32,000 nucleotides of DNA from Paraeggerthella hominis (GCF_021044775.1 NZ_JAJNOQ010000014.1:13673-45672), one strand, 5' to 3'. Numbered from the stretch's first letter, positions 1 through 8,640 are shown. The notes: generated by a model from the sequence alone, not told the origin. Made by a program: numbers and translations.

Positions 1-134
1 CAAGAGCCATGAATCAAAAACTCAAGCGCTCCGCGTTTTGGCTTTCCCCCTTGCACTTGGCCGGAACCCCGATGGCATGCGAGCCACAAGGTTCGCCCAC
101 AGGGGGCAAGCCGACAATCTTAGGAGGTCATCTT

Positions 135-497
135 ATGGAAACCACATTCAACGAAAAGGCAATGCGCGGCATCAACAGGTTCCTTGAGAACCGCGGCTTA
201 GAGGTTCTCGCACAGGATTGGGCGCATGGCTCCGACCACATGGACTTCGTGGCACGCGAGGACGATGAGCTCGTCTTCATCACCACCACCATCCGTACCG
301 ACGCCACCCAGGGCATGGGGCCTGAGGAAATCGACCGCGACTCCGCAGAACGCGTGGCGCTCGCATGGCTCAAAGACCACGTCGAATCCCCCGAAGGCGC
401 CATCCGCTTTGATGTCATCACGATGGTCATCCTGAGCGACCACAAGGCGCTCTTGCGACATCACCGTAACTGCTTGGCTAGCGGCGACCTCCTCTAG
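135..497 (+). CDS. YraN/UPF0102-like small protein (restriction-endonuclease-like fold), possibly with degenerate catalytic residues
   Basis: AGGAGG at 122-127 precedes ATG 135. The pattern HMDFVAREDDELVFI...RFDVITMV resembles the YraN family layout (D-hydrophobic ... LVFVEVK ... RFDV). The E-x-K position reads T-T-T here. Confidence 0.5.
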   Translation: METTFNEKAMRGINRFLENRGLEVLAQDWAHGSDHMDFVAREDDELVFITTTIRTDATQGMGPEEIDRDSAERVALAWLKDHVESPEGAIRFDVITMVILSDHKALLRHHRNCLASGDLL

Positions 498-512
498 CCG
501 CCCATCACCCGG

Positions 513-538
513 CCTGCCCGCAGCACCTTGCGGGCAGG
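513..538 (+). terminator. Hairpin after the YraN-like gene; possible weak intrinsic terminator
   Basis: Perfect 10-bp stem CCTGCCCGCA/TGCGGGCAGG with a 6-nt loop. The downstream T tract is poor. Confidence 0.3.
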
Positions 539-587
539 TTGCGGCATTTACTCAGACAATGCGAACCCGAAAGGTTGGAACCTAATC

Positions 588-1229
588 ATGAACGAGATTT
601 TCGACTATGCAGGCAAGAAGGTCCTTTGCTTCGAAGGCGCGGGAGCCGTGCCGCGCGGCGAGGTAGAGAACTGCCGCATCCGCACCGCTTTCTCCAACGA
701 CGAAGGCAAGCGCTTCTACCTGGAAATCCTGGGCTTCGAGCGCAACGGGCACCGCTGGTGCGAAGCGAACTCACCCAGGGACTGGGCGCACGTCGGATAC
801 ATCGACTTCGCCTACGAGATCACCGATGGCGACGACGATGACTGCAATTGCCACAGCTGCGACTGCGAACGCAACTGCTGCATTGAATATACCTACAAAG
901 GAATCCTCGATTTCGTGAACGACGAGTTCGGTTGCAGCTTCGATATCATCCACGTCGCAGGCAGTCTCGACGGCTACCACGTCTTCCCAGAACATCGCGG
1001 GTATAAGGCCTACAACTTCGGCGATGAATTCGAATACTCCGATGAAATCGTCTGCCGTGCCCTTTCAATCCGCCGTCACATCGAGCAGAAAGACGACAGC
1101 AAGGCGAGCACCTGGAACGACGACGGCATCTTGCACGCCCGCTATTACTCGGGAGACAAGCGCGGCCAGCACTGGATCTACATGCTCGACCAGCTTTGCT
1201 GGAAAGACGGCATACTTCTCAATCCCTAA
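588..1229 (+). CDS. Hypothetical protein with an acidic, Cys-rich central patch (DGDDDDCNCHSCDCERNCC)
   Basis: The long ORF has ATG at 588 (MNEIFDY...). A strong terminator follows. I recognise no family. Confidence 0.6.
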   Translation: MNEIFDYAGKKVLCFEGAGAVPRGEVENCRIRTAFSNDEGKRFYLEILGFERNGHRWCEANSPRDWAHVGYIDFAYEITDGDDDDCNCHSCDCERNCCIEYTYKGILDFVNDEFGCSFDIIHVAGSLDGYHVFPEHRGYKAYNFGDEFEYSDEIVCRALSIRRHIEQKDDSKASTWNDDGILHARYYSGDKRGQHWIYMLDQLCWKDGILLNP

Positions 1230-1239
1230 TCGCTCGACA

Positions 1240-1273
1240 TCAGGGGATGCAGTGCGCATCCCCTGAGATTTTT
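1240..1273 (+). terminator. Rho-independent terminator
   Basis: 11-bp stem TCAGGGGATGC/GCATCCCCTGA with a 5-nt loop, followed by GATTTTT. A second GC hairpin, CCGGGGC-TTCTC-GCCCCGG, lies at 1274-1292. Confidence 0.7.
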
Positions 1274-1649
1274 CCGGGGCTTCTCGCCCCGGGCCCATCG
1301 GCAGAGGCGACGCCCCTGCACCCCGTATCTCGTTTCCACGTTTAGACGAAAAGCACACCTTGCCATTCAAGCCTTGCATGGAACCTGCTCCTACTGGCAA
1401 GGGCCGCGATGCTTTTCACGATTCTTTACGCTTTGAAGCAATGTCTGACCACCATGCGCAAACACCGCTTCGCTATCGGGAAAACCACCGGCTCCCGCCT
1501 TCGCTTTACCCCCTTGCCAAGGAGCAGAACCCATGCGCGCCCGTGCTTGCGCACGGGCTATCCGGCGTTCATCAAGGTGCAGCTTGATTGAAGGGCATCT
1601 GGATCGATTTCCATTCAAGGGCATTTGATTCAGCTTCGATCTTGCGCGG

Positions 1650-1698
1650 GGTATCCATTGCCCGCAGAAGTTGCCTTGTATTACGAGGGTATTGCAAT
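1650..1698 (+). promoter_or_regulatory. parA-operon promoter region: bipartite GGTATCC-N15-TGCCTT motif (copy 1) overlapping a TTGCCT-16-TGCAAT sigma-70-like pair
   Basis: GGTATCC at 1650-1656 and TGCCTT at 1672-1677. TTGCCT at 1671-1676 and TGCAAT at 1693-1698. The same bipartite motif occurs upstream of two other operons. Confidence 0.5.
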
Positions 1699-1699
1699 C

Positions 1700-1720
1700 G
1701 CTGGGACACCGTGTCCCAGC
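1700..1720. promoter_or_regulatory. Palindromic operator-like site, copy 1 (GCTGGGACAC-C-GTGTCCCAGC)
   Basis: Perfect 10-bp arms lie just downstream of the putative parA promoter and 40 nt upstream of the parA ATG. It is one of four copies in the window. Confidence 0.6.
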
Positions 1721-1759
1721 CAACCGGCGCGGCTAGCGCGCCAGAAGGAGGCTTTGACT

Positions 1760-2539
1760 ATGGAAGTCTACGCAGTGAGCAATTACAAGGGCGGCGTGGG
1801 AAAGACCACGACCGCCGTCAACCTGGCGACCCTTTGGGCAGCGCAGGGGAAGCGGACGCTGATCATCGATTTGGATCCGCAGGCGTCCGCAACCGACTTC
1901 TTCGGTTTGTACGAGCAGGCCGAGGCGACCGAGCGCAGCAGCATCGGGCTGCTCTATGCAGACATGCCCGTGGAGCAGGCTGCCCACAAGACCGAGATCG
2001 CCAACCTCGACTGCATTCCGTCCACCATCGGGCTCATCGACCAAAACGAGCTCGTGCTGCGCGAGCAGAGGCTCAAGTTCGCGCTCGACGACGCGCAGGG
2101 AGACTACGACGCCGTGGTCATCGACTGCTCGCCGAACATGAAGCGGCTCGCCTTCAACGCGTATCTCGCCTGCGCCGGGCGCGGAAGCGTCATCGTGCCG
2201 GTGAAGCTCGATGCGACCGTCATGCGCGGAACCGCGCTCACGGTATCGGCTATCCGCTCGATTGCCAACGCGCTGCGCATGCCGGTTCCCGACTACCGCA
2301 TCCTGCGCACCATCGTGCCCGGGCGCATGACCAACGCCGAGAAGACCGGAGCCGCCGTGCTCGACAAGTTCTTCCCCAAAGAGCAGCTAGAAACCGTCAT
2401 CCACCAATCGACGAAGGTTGCAGAAGGCAGCTGGCAGTGGCAGGCAGTAACCGCATTCGAGCCGTCGAGCAGGCCAGCAAAGGACTACGCCGCGCTCGCG
2501 CGCGAGCTTGAAACCATCACCGCTCGCGAAAGGAGCTAG
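1760..2539 (+). CDS. parA: ParA/Soj-family partition ATPase
   Basis: GAAGGAGG RBS, ATG at 1760. Deviant Walker A KGGVGKTT; IIDLDPQ; VVIDCSP. Confidence 0.9.
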   Translation: MEVYAVSNYKGGVGKTTTAVNLATLWAAQGKRTLIIDLDPQASATDFFGLYEQAEATERSSIGLLYADMPVEQAAHKTEIANLDCIPSTIGLIDQNELVLREQRLKFALDDAQGDYDAVVIDCSPNMKRLAFNAYLACAGRGSVIVPVKLDATVMRGTALTVSAIRSIANALRMPVPDYRILRTIVPGRMTNAEKTGAAVLDKFFPKEQLETVIHQSTKVAEGSWQWQAVTAFEPSSRPAKDYAALARELETITARERS

Positions 2540-2543
2540 GACC

Positions 2544-2825
2544 ATGAACATGCAGAAGTATTTGGAGGAATGCAAGCAAGTGGACGTCGCCAACGTCGAC
2601 CCTGACACGCTGCGCGATTTGGGCGACGTGGTAATCGACCCGGCGCTCGACGACGAGGCGCGCCTTTTGAGCTTCATCGAGCAGATTGGCAACCCGTACT
2701 GCTACAAGTCCGACGGGTTGGTGGTGAAGTTGTCCTTTGCCAACGAGTGCTCGCTTGAGGATGCATTAGCCCACTACATCACCATGCGCTCCCTCGATGA
2801 CGTTAAGGAAGGCGATGCGGCATGA
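2544..2825 (+). CDS. Small conserved protein, paralog A (resembles the DUF6870-type small proteins of Gram-positive ICEs; the family name is tentative)
   Basis: AGGAG RBS, ATG at 2544. About 78% identical by eye to the product of 30547..30801 (shared FIEQIGNPYCYKSDGLVVKLSF..NECSLEDALAHY). Its stop overlaps the parB-like ATG (ATGA). Confidence 0.75.
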   Translation: MNMQKYLEECKQVDVANVDPDTLRDLGDVVIDPALDDEARLLSFIEQIGNPYCYKSDGLVVKLSFANECSLEDALAHYITMRSLDDVKEGDAA

Positions 2826-3724
2826 GCAACGCAGATCAGATTGCGAAGGGCTTCTCTATCAGCGGCCTTTTAGACGAACGCGCGCAAGTGCGCGAGCGCT
2901 ACCCCATCGAAGAGGTGGAAGTGGCAGCCGTTACAGACAGTCCCGCGAACATCGCCTACTCCATGGATGCAGACGCCATAGCGCGCCTTGCGGCATCGAT
3001 CGAGCGCGAAGGGCTCACCGACATCCCGCTTGCCCGTCGCCTGGAGGACGGCAGTCTTGAGATGATCAGCGGCCACCGGCGCAAGGCGGCATTCGCCCTT
3101 CTGTCGAAACGCGACGAAAAGTTTGCCAAGATGCCGTGCCGCATCATGGACGGCATCGACGACAAGCAGGCGGAGGTTTTGCTGCATACGGCGAACTACC
3201 ACAACAGGCAGCTGAGCGTGATGGAGCGCGCGGCCGCATCCGCCGCCCTCGGCGAGGAAGTCGAGCGTTTGCGTGAGGACAACCCGGAGCTTGCAGGCGT
3301 TCGCAGCGAGGACATCAAGGCGGCCATCATCACCGAGCAGACAGGCAAGAAGATCTCGGGCAAGACCATCCAGCGCCAGGAAGCGCGGGCCCGCAAAGCC
3401 TCTGCTCTGGCCCCGCAGTGGCAGGCCGAAATCGAGCGCGCAGCCGTTCCCGACAAGGCAATCGATGTGCTCGCGAAGATGGATGAAGGTAAGCAGCATC
3501 GTGCTTTCGAGGCCTTCGAAGAGGGACGTCCCGACGCCAAATCCACGGTCGCGTTCCTCAAGAATTTCGAGTGCTCCCCAGAGGTCGAGGCAGACTTGCG
3601 GCTCGTGAAAGCGCGTGCGTTTCTCGATGCATTTGCTGCCGGCAATCACGCTCCAAACGAAGCAGACAAGGAGGCAATCGCTGACATAGTGCGCCTTGCA
3701 AGCCAGCTTGCCTCGGTTCGCTGA
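2822..3724 (+). CDS. parB: ParB/Srx N-terminal-domain protein (ParB-like, KorB-like)
   Basis: The ISGHRRKAAFALL arginine patch resembles the GxRR ParB box. It sits in an operon with parA, with ATGA coupling to the preceding gene. Confidence 0.8.
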   Translation: MSNADQIAKGFSISGLLDERAQVRERYPIEEVEVAAVTDSPANIAYSMDADAIARLAASIEREGLTDIPLARRLEDGSLEMISGHRRKAAFALLSKRDEKFAKMPCRIMDGIDDKQAEVLLHTANYHNRQLSVMERAAASAALGEEVERLREDNPELAGVRSEDIKAAIITEQTGKKISGKTIQRQEARARKASALAPQWQAEIERAAVPDKAIDVLAKMDEGKQHRAFEAFEEGRPDAKSTVAFLKNFECSPEVEADLRLVKARAFLDAFAAGNHAPNEADKEAIADIVRLASQLASVR

Positions 3725-3730
3725 CCCGTC

Positions 3731-3760
3731 AGGGAGTCCGGCTCGGAGCCTGGACTCCCT
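3731..3760. repeat. Long GC-rich inverted repeat downstream of the parB-like gene (candidate relaxosome IR, or an atypical terminator)
   Basis: AGGGAGTCCGGCTC / GAGCCTGGACTCCCT, about 14 bp with one bulge. No T tract follows. Confidence 0.5.
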
Positions 3761-3779
3761 CTCTAAGCAAGCTACCTAT

Positions 3780-3801
3780 TACGTAATACATACGTAATAC
3801 A
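3780..3801. repeat. Tandem 11-bp direct repeat TACGTAATACA x2 (an AT-rich island in GC-rich DNA)
   Basis: Exact copies at 3780-3790 and 3791-3801. Each contains the palindrome TACGTA. Confidence 0.8.
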
Positions 3802-4029
3802 GCGCTTGCTTTCGGGCTTGCCCGGCAGCTTTCTGCCGCCGTCAAGGCATGTACGCCGTGGGTGTCACCCAAGGCGTGCATGCATCCGAAAAGCAGCCCG
3901 CACAGCCAACACCGCATAGATGCGGCGCAGGCCTGGCGGACTGCCATACGGGGGATTCCCCGTGCCCCTATTAAAACAAGAAGTGCCGGGCGCTATGCGC
4001 TTTTCGGCACCTGAGAGAAAGGAACTTCC

Positions 4030-4440
4030 ATGTCCTACCAATACACCTACTCCTGCCGCCTCGACGCCGATGACAAGTCTCGGTTCTACGATGGCGCGAA
4101 GCGCTTCGACCTCTCCCCGTCCGAGTACCTGCGCTACCTGATCCGCCTCCCAAACGAGTTCCATGACGGCGAGGCCGACGGACCCGTCGTTGTGCTCGAC
4201 CGCAAGTCCGTCTCGGGCATCCGCCGCGAGATCGTCCGCTGGGGCCATCACTACAACCAGGCCGTGCATGCGCTCAACACCTTGGCGCTTGCCACCCGCA
4301 AGCGCGGCGAGCTCGACATCGAGTACTTCACCGTCACCCTCGACAAGGTCTCGGAGGAGCTCGATATCGTCGAGGCCGGACGGCAGGACGTGACCACGGC
4401 GCTCATGGAGCTCGTCGCCCTGCCGAAGGTCGGCGACTAG
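4030..4440 (+). CDS. mobC: MobC-like relaxosome accessory protein (ribbon-helix-helix type)
   Basis: LSPSEYLRYLI and GHHYNQAVHALN resemble MobC motifs (SEYLR.., G.NLNQIAR.LN). It lies immediately upstream of the relaxase. Confidence 0.75.
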   Translation: MSYQYTYSCRLDADDKSRFYDGAKRFDLSPSEYLRYLIRLPNEFHDGEADGPVVVLDRKSVSGIRREIVRWGHHYNQAVHALNTLALATRKRGELDIEYFTVTLDKVSEELDIVEAGRQDVTTALMELVALPKVGD

Positions 4441-4442
4441 CC

Positions 4443-5744
4443 ATGCCGGTGCTTAAACCGATTGCCGGGCATACGTCGGTCAAGGGCGTGCGCGACTATC
4501 TGATTCACGATGGCCGCGCACTCGCCCAGGACTTCCTGAACATGTCATGGGACGATCTTGAAATGGAATCTGCTGAAGAGGGTTTCAAGGAAACGTTTGA
4601 CTGGGCCGAGGAGATGGATGCGACGCGCGAGGCTTTCGGAAACGACGAGAGCTGGCACGGCCTGCGGGCGCGCACCTACATGCACTACGTCTTGTCGCCA
4701 GACCCGGAAGACAGGGTTTCCTTAGAGCAGCTGCGCGATCTGTCGAAGGCATGGGCGCATGAGAACTTCCCGCACCACGAGGTCGCCATCGTCTACCACG
4801 AAGACAACGAGTCCGCCATACCGCATGCTCATATCGTCGTGAACAACACCGACATCGAGTCGGGCTACCGGCTGCAGGTGCCGAAGCCTCGCGTGCTCTA
4901 CAAGTCGCTTCAGAACCTCGCCAAGGAAAGAGGTTTGTCGTTTTTCGCCGACGAGAAGCCGACGGATGCGCCCAGCGACGGATTCGCTGCCTTCTCGGCA
5001 AAGCGGAGCTCGCGCGTGGCCCAGCCGCGCAGCAAGCAGGAAGTCTATATGCGGCGTGCGGAAACCGAGCTTTCCGACAAAGGCGAATACTCCTGGGTGG
5101 CCGACATCCGCAGCCGCATGGAAGTTGCGCGCAGCCTTGCCTCAAGCGTCGGTGAGTTCCAGCAGATCGCATCGATTCTGGGCATCGAGGTCCAGCCCAA
5201 CTCCGCCAAGGCGAAAAGGCCCGATTGGATATTCGTCATCGCAGATCATCCCACCTGGAAGATCTCGGGCGAGAACCTCGGGCTCTCATATGGACGGACC
5301 GCGCTTGAGGCCAGGTTCGCACGTGCCGAAGCTGGCGTTACAGAAGTTGACCGAGCGAAATCCATTCTCGGCCAGGCAATGGACTTCATCGAGATTGAGG
5401 ACTACGAGCAGCTCACCGTGATTGCTCGTGCTGTAGGCGTCAACTCAAGGTTCGGCATTATGTGCCTCGACGATTACCAAAGGCGCATCGAGGGCATCGA
5501 GGCGAAGCTCGAATCAGCGGAATTGCCCGCACAGGCCGCCAAGCTGTCGCGCTCCCTCGATGCGCTGAGGTCGGCTCAGAAGGTCAGCATCGAGAAGGGT
5601 CTGCTTCCCGAGCACAGGCCAGCAAGCACGAGAAGGCATGACGACGATGACGATTATCACCGCGACGGCAACGAGAACAGCAGGCGCACGCGCAACCGCG
5701 CCCAAAGCGCACGCGAACGCGTTGAACGCAACAAGCACAGGTAG
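4443..5744 (+). CDS. Relaxase/mobilization nuclease (MobA/VirD2-type, HxDE...HxH histidine triad)
   Basis: YHEDNESAIPHAHIVVNN matches the relaxase motif III. An N-terminal Tyr lies in VRDYL. It follows mobC. Confidence 0.85.
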   Translation: MPVLKPIAGHTSVKGVRDYLIHDGRALAQDFLNMSWDDLEMESAEEGFKETFDWAEEMDATREAFGNDESWHGLRARTYMHYVLSPDPEDRVSLEQLRDLSKAWAHENFPHHEVAIVYHEDNESAIPHAHIVVNNTDIESGYRLQVPKPRVLYKSLQNLAKERGLSFFADEKPTDAPSDGFAAFSAKRSSRVAQPRSKQEVYMRRAETELSDKGEYSWVADIRSRMEVARSLASSVGEFQQIASILGIEVQPNSAKAKRPDWIFVIADHPTWKISGENLGLSYGRTALEARFARAEAGVTEVDRAKSILGQAMDFIEIEDYEQLTVIARAVGVNSRFGIMCLDDYQRRIEGIEAKLESAELPAQAAKLSRSLDALRSAQKVSIEKGLLPEHRPASTRRHDDDDDYHRDGNENSRRTRNRAQSARERVERNKHR

Positions 5745-5752
5745 GAGCAGAG

Positions 5753-6373
5753 ATGAACATACAGATTTTTTACGACAACGGGCGCATAGACGAGTTCGAT
5801 ACCGAGAACTTCACGCTGCCCCAACCCTACGAAGGGGCGAACATGCTCACCAACTTCGAGGTGCGCTTCGACAAGCTGGGAACCGAGAGCCTTTGGCTCC
5901 ATGCGCATTACTACGATGCCAATCCCGCCTACATTCAGGAAAACCCACCTGGCGAGATACCGGTCGCACGCAGGAAGATGGGCTGGAGGTTCCTACTCGT
6001 CGATCATCGCGAGATAGACCAGGTGGCGCGCATCGTCGTCGACGGCGAGAACGCAGGTTGGCGGCAAGGCGGCATGTTCGTCAACGGCATCCGCTTCACG
6101 CAGACCGCACGCGCATGCTGCCCGCTCAAGGATTCGGCTTCGCTCAACGCACGCGCAGTAGCGCTTCATGACTATCTAGCCAAGGCGCACAAGGAGCTTG
6201 CCAGTGACGAAGAAGCACTCTGCTCGATGTTCGGCTTCAGCGCCCAGGCGTATATGAACGTATGCCGCGAAGAAGCGGCGCAGCCCAAGAAGGACCAAGC
6301 TGCGCAGGACGCCAAGCCAGAAGTAAACGACAAGAGCTGGATCGACCAAGTTAAGGAGGAGAAGGGGAAATGA
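5753..6373 (+). CDS. Hypothetical protein
   Basis: AGGAG RBS, ATG at 5753. Backbone-like G+C. No recognised motifs. Confidence 0.6.
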   Translation: MNIQIFYDNGRIDEFDTENFTLPQPYEGANMLTNFEVRFDKLGTESLWLHAHYYDANPAYIQENPPGEIPVARRKMGWRFLLVDHREIDQVARIVVDGENAGWRQGGMFVNGIRFTQTARACCPLKDSASLNARAVALHDYLAKAHKELASDEEALCSMFGFSAQAYMNVCREEAAQPKKDQAAQDAKPEVNDKSWIDQVKEEKGK

Positions 6374-6432
6374 GAATCGTACTAGGTTTCTTCAAATGGC
6401 TGTTCAAGGCCGTTTTCCGCATCTTTATGTAA
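6370..6432 (+). CDS. Candidate 20-aa cationic hydrophobic mini-protein MRIVLGFFKWLFKAVFRIFM
   Basis: Its ATG overlaps the upstream stop (ATGA at 6370-6373). AGGAGGAG lies at 6353-6360. Its TAA (6430-6432) abuts the AAGGAG RBS of the next gene. It is too short for the ORF track. Confidence 0.35.
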   Translation: MRIVLGFFKWLFKAVFRIFM

Positions 6433-6446
6433 GGAGATATGACACC

Positions 6447-7163
6447 ATGAAGATCAAAGATAAATGCGTTGCAGCCAAGACGTATGTTTTGAAGCATAAG
6501 AAAGCTAGCATCGGCATAATTGCCGGAGCGAGCATTGTGTTGCTGATAGTACTTGTGCTTTGCCTTTGCAATTGCTCGGGCAATAACGAAGCTGCAGGAA
6601 ACATCACCGACCAAGATCCTATAGGCGATATCACGTTTGCTCTTGGCTTCAACAAAGATGGCAACCAGGAAGAGGCCACATCGGACAATTCTGAAGAAAA
6701 CGTTTCTGATGGCGAGGTTTCAAACGAGCAAACAAATTCGAATAATGCACCTCAAGAAGGACAGCAAGCACAGCAAAGCCCTGAAACGGCTTCTGAGACT
6801 CCTAAATCCTCAGCAGGTAATACAACCACCGACAACGGCAGTGATTCTTCGCAATCAACCCCTCCAGCTGCGCAAGAACCTGCCAAGAAATGGGTTGTGG
6901 ATTACAAGAAAGTTTGGGTTGAGGATTCAGCAGCCTGGACCGAATCACTGCCGATTTATGGGCGCGAGGAAATAAGCGTCTGCAACATCTGCGGAGCCAC
7001 AATTACAGGTAATGAATCAGTGCATGGCAAAGCGCATATGCTTGCGGGTGAAGGGTCTGGCCATCACACCGAAACAACCAAGGTGATAACTGGCTACGAC
7101 TCCGTATATCACGAGGCAACAGGCCATTATGAAACCGTCGAAAACGGTGGCCACTGGGAATAA
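6447..7163 (+). CDS. Single-pass membrane-anchored protein with a low-complexity linker and a C-terminal Cys/His-containing domain
   Basis: AAGGAG at 6431-6436, ATG at 6447. TM segment IGIIAGASIVLLIVLVLCLC; S/T/Q/N/E-rich linker; C-terminal CNICG...HGKAH...GHH. Low G+C. Confidence 0.7.
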   Translation: MKIKDKCVAAKTYVLKHKKASIGIIAGASIVLLIVLVLCLCNCSGNNEAAGNITDQDPIGDITFALGFNKDGNQEEATSDNSEENVSDGEVSNEQTNSNNAPQEGQQAQQSPETASETPKSSAGNTTTDNGSDSSQSTPPAAQEPAKKWVVDYKKVWVEDSAAWTESLPIYGREEISVCNICGATITGNESVHGKAHMLAGEGSGHHTETTKVITGYDSVYHEATGHYETVENGGHWE

Positions 7164-7173
7164 TATATAGAAA

Positions 7174-7208
7174 CGCAGCCGATTCTCTCTGTTGGAGGAT
7201 CGGCTGCG
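7174..7208. terminator. Bidirectional terminator between convergent genes
   Basis: About 13-bp stem GCAGCCGATTCTC/GAGGATCGGCTGC (one G-T wobble) with a 7-nt loop. The A/T-rich flank gives a T tract on the minus strand. Confidence 0.6.
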
Positions 7209-7238
7209 CATAGGTTTAAGCATGAAGAAATTTGGATA

Positions 7239-8609
7239 TTACTGGCTTTCCAAAACACTGAACCACATATAAGAAGGAATCCTTAATCCAGCTTCAGTCT
7301 GAGCGAATGCCTTAGGGTGTACGATGTATGACTGCCCTACACGCTTATTAAAACGCTTCTTAAAACTATCGTAGGAACTTGTGGTGTAGTTCGTGGAGGA
7401 TTTAACCTCAACGGGATCAATCTTGAAATTCGTTACTCCCCCAGATGACAACAAGAAGTCTACCTCAATATCGTTCCGGTGCTTTTCTTCGGAATAATGC
7501 GTATAGAAGAACAGCTTTCGACCAGAGGCTACCGTAGCCTGAGCAATCAGGTTTTCGTGCAACATGCCTTCGTTCAAGGATAAATTGCCGGCCAGAATCT
7601 TTCGATACAGTTCCTGCGAGCTTATCTCGTTTTCTGAAAAGGCAAGGCTTACCAACAGCCCCGTATCTGCCATATAGCACTTAACGCTCGAATCATCCAA
7701 GGTTAAAGCGAGCCCGGTATTCGGGTTCGTGCTCTTAAAGCAAAGATTGCACATCATGGAATCTTCAAGCCAGAATAAAGGATCGTCATAACGGTTGAAT
7801 TCACCGTTGTCGTCAATTTTGCTTAAAACGATTTTCTTATCATGCGTGGAAAGGTAGCCAGGGATATATTCGAAAAGCGCAGAGACTTTTGAACGATATT
7901 GTTGCGCAATCTTGTTAATATCCTCGCGATACAAGCCAAGAATCTGGCGCTTAGCGCGGTCGGCGGCTTCGAAGTCAAGGTTACCTTCAAAGTATGCCAC
8001 TACGCTTTGCGGCATACCACCTACCAGCATATACTCACGCACCAGATGCGTTGCTCGTTTATGAAAGCGATCAATCAGAGGTTGTTTTTGCTTATAGCAT
8101 TCGCGAATATAATCAAGTAATTGCTCTTCTTGGGCAGCTAGAAGAAACTCAGGGAATGTAAGAGGATGCATCTTGAGCTTCTCCTCTTCAGACGGGATGA
8201 CGATGTTTTTAACATTTTCATGAATCGATATCAATGAGCCCGTTTCAAGGTAATCATAGCGACCATCGGCAACAAGATATTTAATTGCCTGACGTGCTTG
8301 TGGAAACATCTGAACCTCATCAAAGATGATGAGTGATTCCCGCTCGTAGAGCTTGACCCCATATTCGATGGAAATCGTTTGGAAGAACCTATCGAGGTCC
8401 AATAGGTTTTCACTAAAGTTATCTTTGATCGTTTTTGAGGCGAGGGCAAAGTCGACCAAGGCAAAGGACTTGTAATTTTCTTGACCGAATTTCTTTGCAA
8501 TCGTAGATTTACCAATACGACGTGCGCCTTCTATCAATAATGCAGTTGAACCGCTTGAACGGGATTTCCACTCGAGCAATTTACTGTAAATGCTTCTCTG
8601 AAGTTCCAT
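7239..8609 (-). CDS. AAA-family ATPase fused to a DUF4143-type PD-(D/E)xK nuclease-like C-terminus
   Basis: Walker A GARRIGKST; Walker B-like LIIFDEVQ. The C-terminal IEVDFLL...DPVEVKSS fits a D...E-x-K nuclease signature. AGGAG RBS. Low G+C. Confidence 0.8.
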   Translation of the reverse strand: MELQRSIYSKLLEWKSRSSGSTALLIEGARRIGKSTIAKKFGQENYKSFALVDFALASKTIKDNFSENLLDLDRFFQTISIEYGVKLYERESLIIFDEVQMFPQARQAIKYLVADGRYDYLETGSLISIHENVKNIVIPSEEEKLKMHPLTFPEFLLAAQEEQLLDYIRECYKQKQPLIDRFHKRATHLVREYMLVGGMPQSVVAYFEGNLDFEAADRAKRQILGLYREDINKIAQQYRSKVSALFEYIPGYLSTHDKKIVLSKIDDNGEFNRYDDPLFWLEDSMMCNLCFKSTNPNTGLALTLDDSSVKCYMADTGLLVSLAFSENEISSQELYRKILAGNLSLNEGMLHENLIAQATVASGRKLFFYTHYSEEKHRNDIEVDFLLSSGGVTNFKIDPVEVKSSTNYTTSSYDSFKKRFNKRVGQSYIVHPKAFAQTEAGLRIPSYMWFSVLESQ

Positions 8610-8640
8610 ATCTACTCCTATGCAGCAATACTAATTCAGC

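Noticed and set aside
9-134. N-terminal extensions of track ORFs, for example 9..134, 528..587, 1625..1759, 6396..6446, 22585..22734, 24158..24250, 30407..30535 and 31278..31331.
   Set aside because: Downstream ATG or GTG codons have good Shine-Dalgarno sequences and give proteins that start where family homology starts. Several track starts are TTG codons with no RBS (checked at 19689, 23546, 26105 and 31331).
3850-3990. 46-codon plus-strand ORF (MYAVGVTQGVHASEK...) in the parB-mobC gap.
   Set aside because: It has no convincing RBS and it overlaps the palindromes and hairpins, which are better explained as oriT or regulatory DNA.
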